Assembly: GCA_035939595.1 (NCBI GenBank)
Contig: DASZFQ010000119.1
Location: forward strand, 705 to 64,704
DNA: 64,000 nucleotides
Direction: 5' to 3'
From: Casimicrobiaceae bacterium
Lineage (GTDB): Bacteria > Pseudomonadota > Gammaproteobacteria > Burkholderiales > Casimicrobiaceae
Positions 20,667 through 31,078 of this stretch are shown in pieces. The position numbers were made by a program, and so were the translations under genes. Below the pieces are notes generated by a model. The model worked only from the letters and a program-made list of their open reading frames with translations. It made no database searches and had not been told where the DNA came from. The stretch's first letter is position 1; every line of letters starts with the position of its first letter.

Positions 20667-22055
20667 ATGGCTGAACCGGAAAAAATCGGCAAGTATGTCA
20701 TTCAGAGCGTCCTCGGCAAGGGCGCCATGGGGGTCGTGTACAAGGCCTTCGATCCGCATATCGAGCGCGTGGTCGCGATCAAGACCGTGCGCAAGGACCT
20801 GGTCGATCCCGACCTCGCGGTGCAGGTGATGGCGCGGTTCCAGAACGAGGCCAAGGCTGCGGGGCGGCTGCTGCATCCGAACATCGTCAGCGTCTACGAG
20901 TACGCCGAAGACGAAATCAACGCCTTCATCGCGATGGAGTACGTCGAAGGCACGGGCCTGCGGGAATACCTCAACCGCAAGGCGAGCTTCGATCTCGGGC
21001 AAATCGTGGCGATTGTTTCCCAGCTGCTGCTGGCCCTGGATTTCGCGCACGAGCGCGGTGTCGTGCACCGGGACGTGAAGCCTGCCAACCTGATCCTGAC
21101 CAGTGGCGGCACGCTCAAGGTCGCCGATTTCGGCATCGCGCGCATCGACACGTCCAACCTCACCAATGCCGGCATGGTCATGGGCACGCCGTCCTACATG
21201 TCTCCCGAGCAGTGCCAGGGCAAGGAGGTCGATCGCCGCTCCGATGTGTTTAGCACGGGCGTAGTCTTGTACGAACTGCTGACCGGTGAAAAACCTTTTT
21301 CCGGATCGATCGAAGCCATCGCTTTCAAGATTTGCTATGAGGAACCGCGCCCGCCGTCGGAGATTTCCAAGCTCGTACTCTCGCCGGCGCTCGACGCGAT
21401 CGTCGCGACGGCCTTGGCCAAGGATCAGGGCACACGGTTCCAAAACGCGAAGGCCTTCAACCGCGCGCTGCGACTCGCGCTCGATCCGGAGATCAGTATC
21501 AAGCGCGAGGCACAAGACGCGACGGAGATCAATCTTGCCGCGGTCAAGCTGCAGGCTCAGGCGGTCCCGGTTTGGGACGACACGACGCTGCACACCATCG
21601 AGCGGCAACTCGCCGACCTCGTTGGCCCGATGGCACGGGTGATGGTCAAGAAAGCGGTCGCGAAGTCCAGGGACACGGCCGAGCTATACACGCTGCTGGC
21701 CGAGAGCATTTCCGATCCCGAAGTGCGCACGAAGTTCGTTGCCGGGATGGCCGGCTCGACCGCCGAGCACGCCGCCACAAACCAGACCGGCACCGGAGCG
21801 CGCCGCACGTTGCCACCACAGTTGCGCTCGCTCAGCGGCGGCGTGGAAGCCTTGGCGCCGCTTGACCCGGAATTCGTCGAGCAGACGACCTCGAGGCTCA
21901 TCGTCTACCTGGGGCCGATCGCCAAGGTGGTCGCACGCAAAGCTGCGGCAAACGCGGGCAACCGGCAGGAATTTGTCCAGCGCCTCGCCGACCATCTTGG
22001 GGCGCAGGAGCGTGGCGCCTTCCTGCGCGAGTCAGGTTTCGTCGAATTCGAGTGA
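20667..22055 (+). CDS. Hanks-type serine/threonine protein kinase with a duplicated uncharacterised C-terminal module
   Basis: LGKGAMGVVY, VAIK, HRDVKPANL, DFG, SPE motifs; no TM segment; two related modules of about 50 aa in the C-terminal 160 aa. Confidence 0.9.
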   Translation: MAEPEKIGKYVIQSVLGKGAMGVVYKAFDPHIERVVAIKTVRKDLVDPDLAVQVMARFQNEAKAAGRLLHPNIVSVYEYAEDEINAFIAMEYVEGTGLREYLNRKASFDLGQIVAIVSQLLLALDFAHERGVVHRDVKPANLILTSGGTLKVADFGIARIDTSNLTNAGMVMGTPSYMSPEQCQGKEVDRRSDVFSTGVVLYELLTGEKPFSGSIEAIAFKICYEEPRPPSEISKLVLSPALDAIVATALAKDQGTRFQNAKAFNRALRLALDPEISIKREAQDATEINLAAVKLQAQAVPVWDDTTLHTIERQLADLVGPMARVMVKKAVAKSRDTAELYTLLAESISDPEVRTKFVAGMAGSTAEHAATNQTGTGARRTLPPQLRSLSGGVEALAPLDPEFVEQTTSRLIVYLGPIAKVVARKAAANAGNRQEFVQRLADHLGAQERGAFLRESGFVEFE

Positions 22056-22648
22056 ACACGTTCTATCACGACGGCAGCCGGAAGTTGCAAGACCGGTTCG
22101 ACGCCCGGCGTCTCGCCGATCGCATCGAGCAGCGGCTGGTTAAGGATCGAATCGGCGACGAAGACAAGGCGTTCATCGAGTCGCTGGACATGTTCTTCTT
22201 GGCAACTTCGGACGGGGACAACCAGCCAAGTTGTTCGTACAAGGGCGGTCAGCCCGGTTTCGTGCGCGTCGTCGACCCCGGTACGCTCGCCTTTCCGACC
22301 TACGACGGAAACGGCATGTTCCTGTCGATGGGAAATGTAGCGACGAATCGCCGCGTGGGCATGTTGTTCATCGATTTCGTGCGACCGAATCGGCTGCGAA
22401 TCTCGGGTGAAGCGTCGCTACATTTCGACGACCCGCTGCTTGCTGCTTATCCCGAGGCGCAACTCATCGTGCGCGTGGCCGTCACGCGCGTTTTTCCGAA
22501 CTGCCCGCGTTACATCCACAAGTTCACGCTCGTCGAACGCTCGAGTTTCGTGCCGCATGCCGGCTGCGCGACGCCTATTCCAAACTGGAAAAAGAGCGAC
22601 TGGGCTAAGGACGTCTTGCCGGAGGGCGAACCTGAGCGCCGCACCTAG
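22052..22648 (+). CDS. Pyridoxamine 5'-phosphate oxidase-like (FMN-binding split-barrel) family protein
   Basis: Family-like pattern (FFLATSDGDNQPSCSYKGG...LAFPTYDGNGMFLSMGN...); GTG start overlaps the kinase stop (GTGA). Confidence 0.7.
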   Translation: MNTFYHDGSRKLQDRFDARRLADRIEQRLVKDRIGDEDKAFIESLDMFFLATSDGDNQPSCSYKGGQPGFVRVVDPGTLAFPTYDGNGMFLSMGNVATNRRVGMLFIDFVRPNRLRISGEASLHFDDPLLAAYPEAQLIVRVAVTRVFPNCPRYIHKFTLVERSSFVPHAGCATPIPNWKKSDWAKDVLPEGEPERRT

Positions 22649-22649
22649 C

Positions 22650-23522
22650 TCATCGCTGCCTGGGGTCGAACGCGTCGCGTAAGCCATCACCGAGCAGGTT
22701 GAACGACAGCACCAGCAGGAAGATCGATATTCCTGGCCACACGGCCATCCACGGCGCATTATCGATGTAATTCTTGGCCGTGTTGAGCATGCTGCCCCAG
22801 GACGGCGCCGGAGGTTGCTGGCCCAGGCCCAGGAAAGACAACGCGGCCTCGGCGATAATCGCGGCAGCAACCGTGAGCGTCACCTGCACGATCAGCGACG
22901 GCACGATGTTGGGGAGTATGTGCCGCCACATGATCCGCAGTGGCGAGTTGCCGACCGCGCGCGCCGCCTCGACGTAGTCCTCGACCTTCACCTGCAACAC
23001 CTGTGCGCGCGTGAGGCGGATGAAGATCGGGGTTGCCGATACGCCTATCGCGATCATCGCGTTGGTTAGGCTCGGTCCCATGAATGCCGCGAGCGCGATG
23101 GCAAGGATCAGGAACGGGCAAGCAAGCATGGCGTCGGTCATGCGCGAGATCAGCGCGTCAGCCCAGCCTCCGGCGTACCCGGCCAACAAGCCGATAGGAA
23201 CGCCGAACGCAAGCGAGATCGACACCGATACGACCCCGGCGAGGAGCGAGGCGCGCGTTCCCCAGACAACGCGCGAGAGCACGTCGCGTCCGATCTCATC
23301 GGTGCCGAACCAGTGTGCCGCGCTCGGCGCCTTACGGATCGCGCCCCAGCTTGTCGCCAGTGGATCGTATGGCGCGACCTCCGGTGCGAGTAATGCCAGC
23401 AAAACGAAAAACACGACCACACCAAGTGCGACCATCGCGCCGCGCCGTCGCGCCAGACGCTTGAGGGCGCGCCAGCCCGGCGAATGCGCCGCAAACGGCA
23501 ATGCGGTGGCGATGCTGGTCAC
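22650..23522 (-). CDS. Peptide/nickel ABC transporter permease (DppC/OppC-like)
   Basis: Six-TM BPD-type permease. GTG 23522 chosen because it forms a GTGA overlap with the upstream permease stop. Confidence 0.85.
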   Translation of the reverse strand: MTSIATALPFAAHSPGWRALKRLARRRGAMVALGVVVFFVLLALLAPEVAPYDPLATSWGAIRKAPSAAHWFGTDEIGRDVLSRVVWGTRASLLAGVVSVSISLAFGVPIGLLAGYAGGWADALISRMTDAMLACPFLILAIALAAFMGPSLTNAMIAIGVSATPIFIRLTRAQVLQVKVEDYVEAARAVGNSPLRIMWRHILPNIVPSLIVQVTLTVAAAIIAEAALSFLGLGQQPPAPSWGSMLNTAKNYIDNAPWMAVWPGISIFLLVLSFNLLGDGLRDAFDPRQR

Positions 23523-24487
23523 CCGTGGCTGTCCCGCAGCCGTGGATTGACGAGAAAGTACGCCAGATCGGCAACCAGATTGAGCATGATGTATGCGGTG
23601 GCCGTGCAAAGCACCACGCCCTGCACGACCGCGTAGTCGCGATTGAACACCGCGTCCACAATAAGCTTGCCGAAACCCGGGATCGTGAACACCTGCTCGG
23701 TCAACACCGCGCCCGATAGGAGCGTCCCGAACTCAAGGGCTCCAAGGGTAATCACGGGCGTCAGCGCATTGCGCAGTGCGTGCTTAAGCACGACGACCCT
23801 CTCATCGAGGCCTTTCGCCCGCGCGGTACGCACATAGTCGGTGCTGAGGACCTGCAGCATGGCGCTGCGTGTATGGCGCATGAGCACCGCCGCGATCGCG
23901 TTGCCAAGGACGAATGCCGGCATGACCATCGCCGCGAGATTGGCCCGCAGATCCTCGAACGGGCTCACGTAGCCCGACGCGGGCAGCCAGCCCAAGGTGA
24001 CGGAGAACAGGAGGATCAGCATGATCCCGAGCCAGAAGTTCGGGGTCGACAATCCCCACAACGCGAACACGTTGGCGGCGTAGTCCCACGGCGAGTCCTT
24101 TGCCACCGCGGATACGATTCCGGCGGGGATGCCGATGACGAGTGCGATGAGGATGGCCAGAAACGCAAGCTCCAGCGTGACTGGGAGTTTCTCCACGACG
24201 AGGTCGAGCACCGGCTTCTGGATGCGGACCGACTCACCCAGGTCGCCTTTGAGCGCGCCACCCGCCCAGTAGAGATAGCGGATGGGCAACGGCTCGTCGA
24301 GATGCAGTTTTTGGTGCAGTTCCGCGATCACAGTCGGATCACGCTCCTCGCCGGCGAGGATCATCGCCGGGTCGCCAGGAAGGAGCTGCTGCAATCCGAA
24401 GATCAGGATGGAGACGAAAAAGAGGGTCGGGACGATTGTTGCCAGCCGCCGGATGAGAAATTTGACCATGCTCGGTATTTTCTGCAC
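23519..24487 (-). CDS. Peptide/nickel ABC transporter permease (DppB/OppB-like)
   Basis: N-terminus MVKFLIRRLATIVPTLFFVSILIF and the permease EAA-loop region; alternative start at 24469. Confidence 0.85.
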   Translation of the reverse strand: MQKIPSMVKFLIRRLATIVPTLFFVSILIFGLQQLLPGDPAMILAGEERDPTVIAELHQKLHLDEPLPIRYLYWAGGALKGDLGESVRIQKPVLDLVVEKLPVTLELAFLAILIALVIGIPAGIVSAVAKDSPWDYAANVFALWGLSTPNFWLGIMLILLFSVTLGWLPASGYVSPFEDLRANLAAMVMPAFVLGNAIAAVLMRHTRSAMLQVLSTDYVRTARAKGLDERVVVLKHALRNALTPVITLGALEFGTLLSGAVLTEQVFTIPGFGKLIVDAVFNRDYAVVQGVVLCTATAYIMLNLVADLAYFLVNPRLRDSHG

Positions 24488-24622
24488 CAGCGCCTGTTTC
24501 GCCCCGTTCGCGCTAAGCGGTCGAAGCGAGAACGATCACAGGCGGCGGTCCGTCCTCTGAAGAGCCAGTCTCGCGCAGAGCCTGAAGGCTCAGGGCGAAC
24601 CGCCGCTGTGTACTCTGCCGCC

Positions 24623-26140
24623 TCAATTCAACGTCAATCCCTGCACGCGCACCAGTCCGTCCGGTATGGGACGCAGGCCGGAGAGCTTGTTCGTATACGC
24701 CCAAAGCCAGTGGCGGTGGAAGAGGTAGACGATCGGTCGGTCCTTGAGCACGATGGCGGCGATCTCGGCGTAGATCTTCTTGCGTTCAGCAAGGTCGAGC
24801 GTCGTGCGCGAGCGGTTGAGCAGGTCGTCGACGGCCCTGTTGCAATAGCCTGCATAGTCGAGTGGCTGCTTACAGCCGTCAAAGCTGAAGATGTTGCCGT
24901 CCGGATCGGCGCGGCCGCTCCACGCCAATACGTACGCCTCGAAGTCGCCTTTGTCGGCCATGTCGAGCGAGGTAGCGAACTCGGTTGACTGGATTTTTAC
25001 TTCGAAGCCCGCATCCTTGACCATCGATTGCACGACCTGCGCAATCCTTTGCGCGTCGGAAGTGGTTGGCGTCATCAGCGTGAAGACCGGATGCGGCGCG
25101 CCGGCCTCCTGCAGCAAGGCCTTGGCCTTGGCGACATCGCGCTTCGGCAGCGGCAGGGCTGCGGCGTAAAAGGCGTTGCTCGGAGCAACCCACTGGTTGC
25201 CGACGTCGGCCTCGCCGTCCATCGCGACCTGCACGATGGCTTCGCGGTCGAGCGCCAGTTCGAACGCCTCGCGTACGCGCGGGTCACGACCCAGAGGATT
25301 CGCCTGCGCGTGATCGCTCTTGCCCACGTTGATCGTAATGGCCTGGTAGCCGATCTCGGTGATGCTCGAGATCTTGAAGCGACGGTCAGTCCTGAGTGCG
25401 GGTACATCTGACGTTCCGACGCGCTCGATGAAATCAAGTTGACCCGATTTAAGGTTCGCCAGCCGCACGGTTGCGTCGACGATGGGTAGATAAACGATTC
25501 GATCAAAATGGATTGCGTCCTTATTCCAGTAATTGGGATAGCGCTCCAGGACGATGCGGTCCTGTGGGATGCGCTCGACAAAACGGAAAGGACCGGAACA
25601 CACTGGGCGTGAACCGAATTTTTCACCTTCCGCTTGCGCGGCCTTGGGTGAGACCATCATGCCCGCGCGGTCGGCGAGCTGGGCAAGCAGGGGCGAAAAC
25701 GGTGCAGCCAGGTTGAGCCGTACAGTCGATGCGTCGACGACGTCGACCGTGGTCACGGGTGCCAGCTCGCCGCGACGATTCGAACCGGCCATGTTCTTGT
25801 GGCGCTCGAGGTTGAACTTCACCGCCGCCGCGTCGAACCGTTCACCGTCATGAAAGGTGACTCCCCCACGCAGCTTGATCGTGAGCGTCTTGTGGTCGGC
25901 CGACCATTCGTAACCGGTAGCCAGCTGAGGCACGATGTTGAGCTTTTCGTCGATATCGAAGAGCTTGTCGCAGAGCGCGGCGAACACGATGCGGCCAACG
26001 AAGGTGCGGGCGAGGGTCGGATCAAGAACGTCCGGATCCTCGGCGAGGCCCAGGCGCAGCGTCTGCGCCCCAGCGAGTGCGCTTACCAGCCACAACGCCG
26101 CTGCCGGCAGCGCCCTTCTTGTGCACAATCGATGGGCCAT
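24623..26140 (-). CDS. ABC transporter substrate-binding protein, family 5 (DppA/OppA-like)
   Basis: Signal peptide (ALPAAALWLVSALAGAQT) and a family-5 SBP of about 500 aa. Confidence 0.9.
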   Translation of the reverse strand: MAHRLCTRRALPAAALWLVSALAGAQTLRLGLAEDPDVLDPTLARTFVGRIVFAALCDKLFDIDEKLNIVPQLATGYEWSADHKTLTIKLRGGVTFHDGERFDAAAVKFNLERHKNMAGSNRRGELAPVTTVDVVDASTVRLNLAAPFSPLLAQLADRAGMMVSPKAAQAEGEKFGSRPVCSGPFRFVERIPQDRIVLERYPNYWNKDAIHFDRIVYLPIVDATVRLANLKSGQLDFIERVGTSDVPALRTDRRFKISSITEIGYQAITINVGKSDHAQANPLGRDPRVREAFELALDREAIVQVAMDGEADVGNQWVAPSNAFYAAALPLPKRDVAKAKALLQEAGAPHPVFTLMTPTTSDAQRIAQVVQSMVKDAGFEVKIQSTEFATSLDMADKGDFEAYVLAWSGRADPDGNIFSFDGCKQPLDYAGYCNRAVDDLLNRSRTTLDLAERKKIYAEIAAIVLKDRPIVYLFHRHWLWAYTNKLSGLRPIPDGLVRVQGLTLN

Positions 26141-26188
26141 GCAATCCTCCTTCGGTTCCCGGGGCGCTACGATGGCTCGGTCGTGATA

Positions 26189-27276
26189 TTAGCTCCAACT
26201 TCCCGGTGCCGAAACGTCCGTCGGCAAGTGTTCCGGACCGTGAAACGCGGCCTGTAGTCGCCCAAGGCGCCCGTTGGCACCCGGCGCCGCCCGCGGCAGG
26301 GCAGCCGCGGGCGGGACGATCTCGTTCCAGAAATGGCAGGCAGTCGCGTGCCCTGAGTCGGCAGTCAACGGCGGATCTGCTTCGGCGCAGCGCGCTCGGG
26401 CATAGGGGCAGCGTGTGCGGAAGCGGCAGCCGGAAGGTGGATCGATGGCGCTCGGCACGTCACCCTGCAAAATGAGACGCTGACGTCGCGCCCCAGGGTC
26501 CGGCACCGGTATCGCGGAGAGGAGGGCCTGTGTGTAGGGGTGGCGCGGATTGCTGAACAGCTCACGCGTGGCGGCTTGTTCGACGATGCGGCCCAGGTAC
26601 ATAACGGCCACACGCGAGGCGATGTGCTTGACGACGGCGAGATCGTGGGCGATAAAAATAAACGACAACCCGAACCGTTGCTGCAGGTCGGTCAAAAGGT
26701 TCACGACCTGCGCCTGAATCGAAACGTCAAGCGCCGACACGGGCTCATCGCAGACGATGAGCTTCGGTTCTGCGGCAAGCGCGCGCGCGATGCCAATGCG
26801 CTGGCGCTGGCCGCCGGAAAACTCGTGCGGATAGCGTTCGGCATGCCCCGCCGCCAGCCCGACGAGAACGAGCAACTCGGCGACGCGCTCGCGACGCCGC
26901 CCCTCCGCCAAGCCGTGCAGCTCCAGCGGTTCGGCGAGCATCTGGCCGACGGTCATGCGCGGGTTTAGCGATGTGTAGGGATCCTGGAAGACGATCTGCA
27001 GCGCACGTCGTTGGGCGCGCATATCCGCTGCGCCGAGCGCCAGGAGGTCGCGGCCATCGAACTCGATCACGCCCGCGGTCGGCTCGAGCAGACGCAGGAT
27101 CAGGCGGGCTGTGGTCGATTTGCCGCAGCCCGATTCGCCGACCAGTGCCAGCGTCTGGCCCTCGCTCAGGTCGAAATCGATCCCGTCGACCGCGCGTACC
27201 ACGCCGTCACCGCGGCGGAAGGCACTCGCGCGCACCGGAAAATGCTTTACGAGCCCGCTGACCCGCAGCAGTGCCT

Positions 27277-27280
<4 letters not shown>
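26189..27280 (-). CDS. Peptide ABC transporter ATP-binding protein (DppF/OppF-like)
   Basis: Walker [10 protein letters not shown], signature FSGGQRQR, Walker [14 protein letters not shown]-terminal oligopeptide-ATPase extension. GTG 27280 gives a GTGA overlap with the upstream ATPase. Confidence 0.9.
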
Positions 27281-28259
<979 letters not shown>

Positions 28260-28263
<4 letters not shown>

Positions 28264-28979
28264 CGCTCGTGCCGGGTGTATTGGGCCTGGAAGCGCTGGA
28301 TCTCGTCTTCGATCGTGGCGCGATCAGTGATTCCAGCCGGCCGCGCGCGGTTCGGCAGGCAGGCGACAAAGGGCTGGAAGCGTTCAAGGCTCTTGATGTA
28401 CAGGCGATTAATCTCCACGAGCGGGTCGGGATGATCGTCGACACGCAGATCAAGGGCCGGATATGCCTCGGTCGTGCAGATCAGGAGTGCGACTGCCTGT
28501 TTGCCTCGTTTGTCACCGCCCGCAGCCTCGCCCGCCTGCATCGCGGCGATCAGCCGTTCGGTGAAAGGGAGCTCACGGCCGGCATCGTAGAACTGTGCCG
28601 TGTCCTCGATCACCTGAGGGCCCGCGAGCATATTTCCCGCGACCGAGAAGCCCTCCCCGGTGACGTGGCCGCACCAATCAACGCATTCGACGCCGGTATG
28701 TACGGCGAGATTGCCCTCGGCGTCGATCAAATGCACCTGGCGATGCTCACGACCGGCGTCGGGATAGATGAGCGTGCGCAGGACGTCGGTAGGCGCCATG
28801 CCCTGCGCAAGCCGCGTCAGGCCGCGCATGCCATACAGTGGATTGACCAGTGCCTGGGTTGATAGCGCTCCGACTCCGCTGAGCGCATAAGGGCAAAGAG
28901 CGCCGACCGCAAAGAACCGGCTCGCCACGATGACGCCCAGAGCGCCCGACGCATCGCGCGCGACGATCGACCAAGTCAT
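28260..28979 (-). CDS. DUF1028 family protein (Ntn-hydrolase fold)
   Basis: MTWSIVARD... N-terminus (Thr2 nucleophile position) and LRVDDHPDP motif. ATG 28979 chosen; the stop overlaps the first ATPase gene start. Confidence 0.8.
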
Positions 28980-29116
28980 GGCACATTGTGAAAGCTTGCC
29001 TGGCGCTTGGCAATGCGACCTTGCGGGCGTTGCACCAGCGCTCGCGCGTCCGACGCGATGCCTGGCGAGGCCTCCGCCCGGGCTCGCGCCCAGGCAATCG
29101 ATGGCGCGGTACGCGC

Positions 29117-30307
29117 CTACAGGCGCTCGATGATCGCCGCGATGCCCTGGCCTCCGCCGATGCACATTGTGATCAGCCCATAGCGGCCACCGCTTCGATG
29201 CAGCTCGTATATCGCCTTGATCGTGAGAATGCAGCCGGTCGCGCCGATCGGGTGGCCGAGCGCAACCGCTCCACCGTTGGGATTGACTTTGGCCGGATCC
29301 ATGCCGAGCTCGCCGGAGACACCCAGCGCTTGCGCGGCGAACGCCTCGTTCGATTCGATGACATCCATCTGTTCGAGTTTGAGGCCGGCCCTGGTCAAGG
29401 CCCTCTTCACCGCGGACACGGGTCCCAGGCCCATAATTTTCGGGTCGACGCCTGCATGACCGTAGGCAAGCAACCGTGCCATTGGCTTCAGCCCATTTCT
29501 CGCGGCAGCGGACTTTTCCATCAGCACGACCGCCGCGGCCGCATCGTTGATGCCTGAGGCATTGCCGGCGGTCACGGTTCCGTTCTCCTTCGCGAATACC
29601 GCTCGCAGCTTGGCCATGCCCTCGAGCGACGCATCGCTGCGCACGTGCTCGTCGGTTTCGAATTGGACGGGGCCTTTCTTGCTCTTCAGCTCGATTGGCA
29701 GGATTTGATCCTTGAAGTACCCCTTGGCAATCGCGTTAGCCGCGCGCTTGTGGCTCTCGACCGCAAACGCATCCTGGGCGGCGCGGGTGATGCCGCACCG
29801 GGTCGCAACGTTCTCGGCGGTGACGCCCATGTGGATCGTGTCGAATGGGTCGGTCAGCGCGCCGACCATCATGTCGATATCCTTGGCGTCGCCCATGCGC
29901 GCGCCCCAGCGCTGGGTCACGTTGGCGTACGCGGCGCGGCTCATGCTCTCTGCGCCCCCCGCGACCGCGGCATCGATGTCGCCCAGCATGATGTATTGCG
30001 AAGCGGAAACAATGGCCTGCATCCCGCTGCCACAAAGACGGTTAAGGGTAAGCGCACCCGATTCCGCGGGCAGACCGGCGTTGAGCGCAGCGACTCGCGA
30101 CAGGTACATGTCCTTCGCCTCGGTGTGGATGACGTGGCCAAAGACGCACTGGCCGATGTCCTTGGGATCGACCTTGGCCCGACTGACCGCTTCGCGCACG
30201 ACCTTGGCGCCAAGTTCGCTCGGCGGAAAGTCCTTGAGACTGCCACCATAGTCGCCGATCGCTGTGCGCACGCCGCTCAAGATGACGACTTCTCTGGTTT
30301 CGTTCAT
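29117..30307 (-). CDS. Acetyl-CoA C-acetyltransferase (thiolase II)
   Basis: Active-site Cys context NRLCGSGMQAI; C-terminal GHPIGATG and CIGGGQG motifs. Confidence 0.95.
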   Translation of the reverse strand: MNETREVVILSGVRTAIGDYGGSLKDFPPSELGAKVVREAVSRAKVDPKDIGQCVFGHVIHTEAKDMYLSRVAALNAGLPAESGALTLNRLCGSGMQAIVSASQYIMLGDIDAAVAGGAESMSRAAYANVTQRWGARMGDAKDIDMMVGALTDPFDTIHMGVTAENVATRCGITRAAQDAFAVESHKRAANAIAKGYFKDQILPIELKSKKGPVQFETDEHVRSDASLEGMAKLRAVFAKENGTVTAGNASGINDAAAAVVLMEKSAAARNGLKPMARLLAYGHAGVDPKIMGLGPVSAVKRALTRAGLKLEQMDVIESNEAFAAQALGVSGELGMDPAKVNPNGGAVALGHPIGATGCILTIKAIYELHRSGGRYGLITMCIGGGQGIAAIIERL

Positions 30308-30463
30308 TGCTTGCTCTCCGGAAAGGAATTGCGAAAAAGGGCGTCAATTGTTACGCGATGCAACTTCCCATGCGCTCCACCAGGCTTAAGCAGCAGCGGG
30401 TCACCACCTTAGATGGCATAACGCACGAAAAATTCGGACGCGATAGGCGATAAGGGGAGGAGC

Positions 30464-30955
30464 CTAGGGTACGTCGAGCAGGCGCTTGCGGTGCCAATCG
30501 GCCATTCCCTCGTCGGGGTATTCCGCGAAGTGCGTGTGGTCAATGCCCTCGGGCACGTCGACCCAGGGCACGGCATAGTCCAGCATAATCTCGACTTCCT
30601 CGATCGGTTTCGGCAACGGCGTGTCGATTGCGGACGCGAACGGGTAGATCCACTCTGGCCAGCGTGGATCCAATATCCACAGCGCGCTGCCGCACTTGCT
30701 GCAGAAGTGCCGACGCGCCTCGGAGAGCTTCTTGCGCCTGCCCTTGCCCTCGGCAATCCGGGCCCGATACACGTTCACGTTGTCTTGACCGACGACTTTA
30801 AGCGACTTGGCTTCGCCCATGATGTTGATGGTGTAGCCGCCGCCGCCCTGCGTTTTGCGGCAAATCGAGCAGTAGCAGCGCATATAAGGATAAGGTGTGC
30901 GCGAGTCGAGCGAAAACCTCACCGCGCCGCAGGAACATGAGCCCTTGAGCCGCAT
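30464..30955 (-). CDS. GFA (glutathione-dependent formaldehyde-activating / CENP-V-like) family protein
   Basis: Cys-rich zinc motifs CSCGAVRF, CYCSICRK, CSKCGS. Confidence 0.8.
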   Translation of the reverse strand: MRLKGSCSCGAVRFSLDSRTPYPYMRCYCSICRKTQGGGGYTINIMGEAKSLKVVGQDNVNVYRARIAEGKGRRKKLSEARRHFCSKCGSALWILDPRWPEWIYPFASAIDTPLPKPIEEVEIMLDYAVPWVDVPEGIDHTHFAEYPDEGMADWHRKRLLDVP

Positions 30956-31078
30956 GATCTCTACTCTGGTCGGGGAAAAGCACCATCATACCGCCGGCAG
31001 GCGCAGCCGTGTCCGTTACGGCGGAACGCGCCGCTTGGGGCTACACTCAGGCATTCTCGTCCGGTGAAAGGAGCCGCC

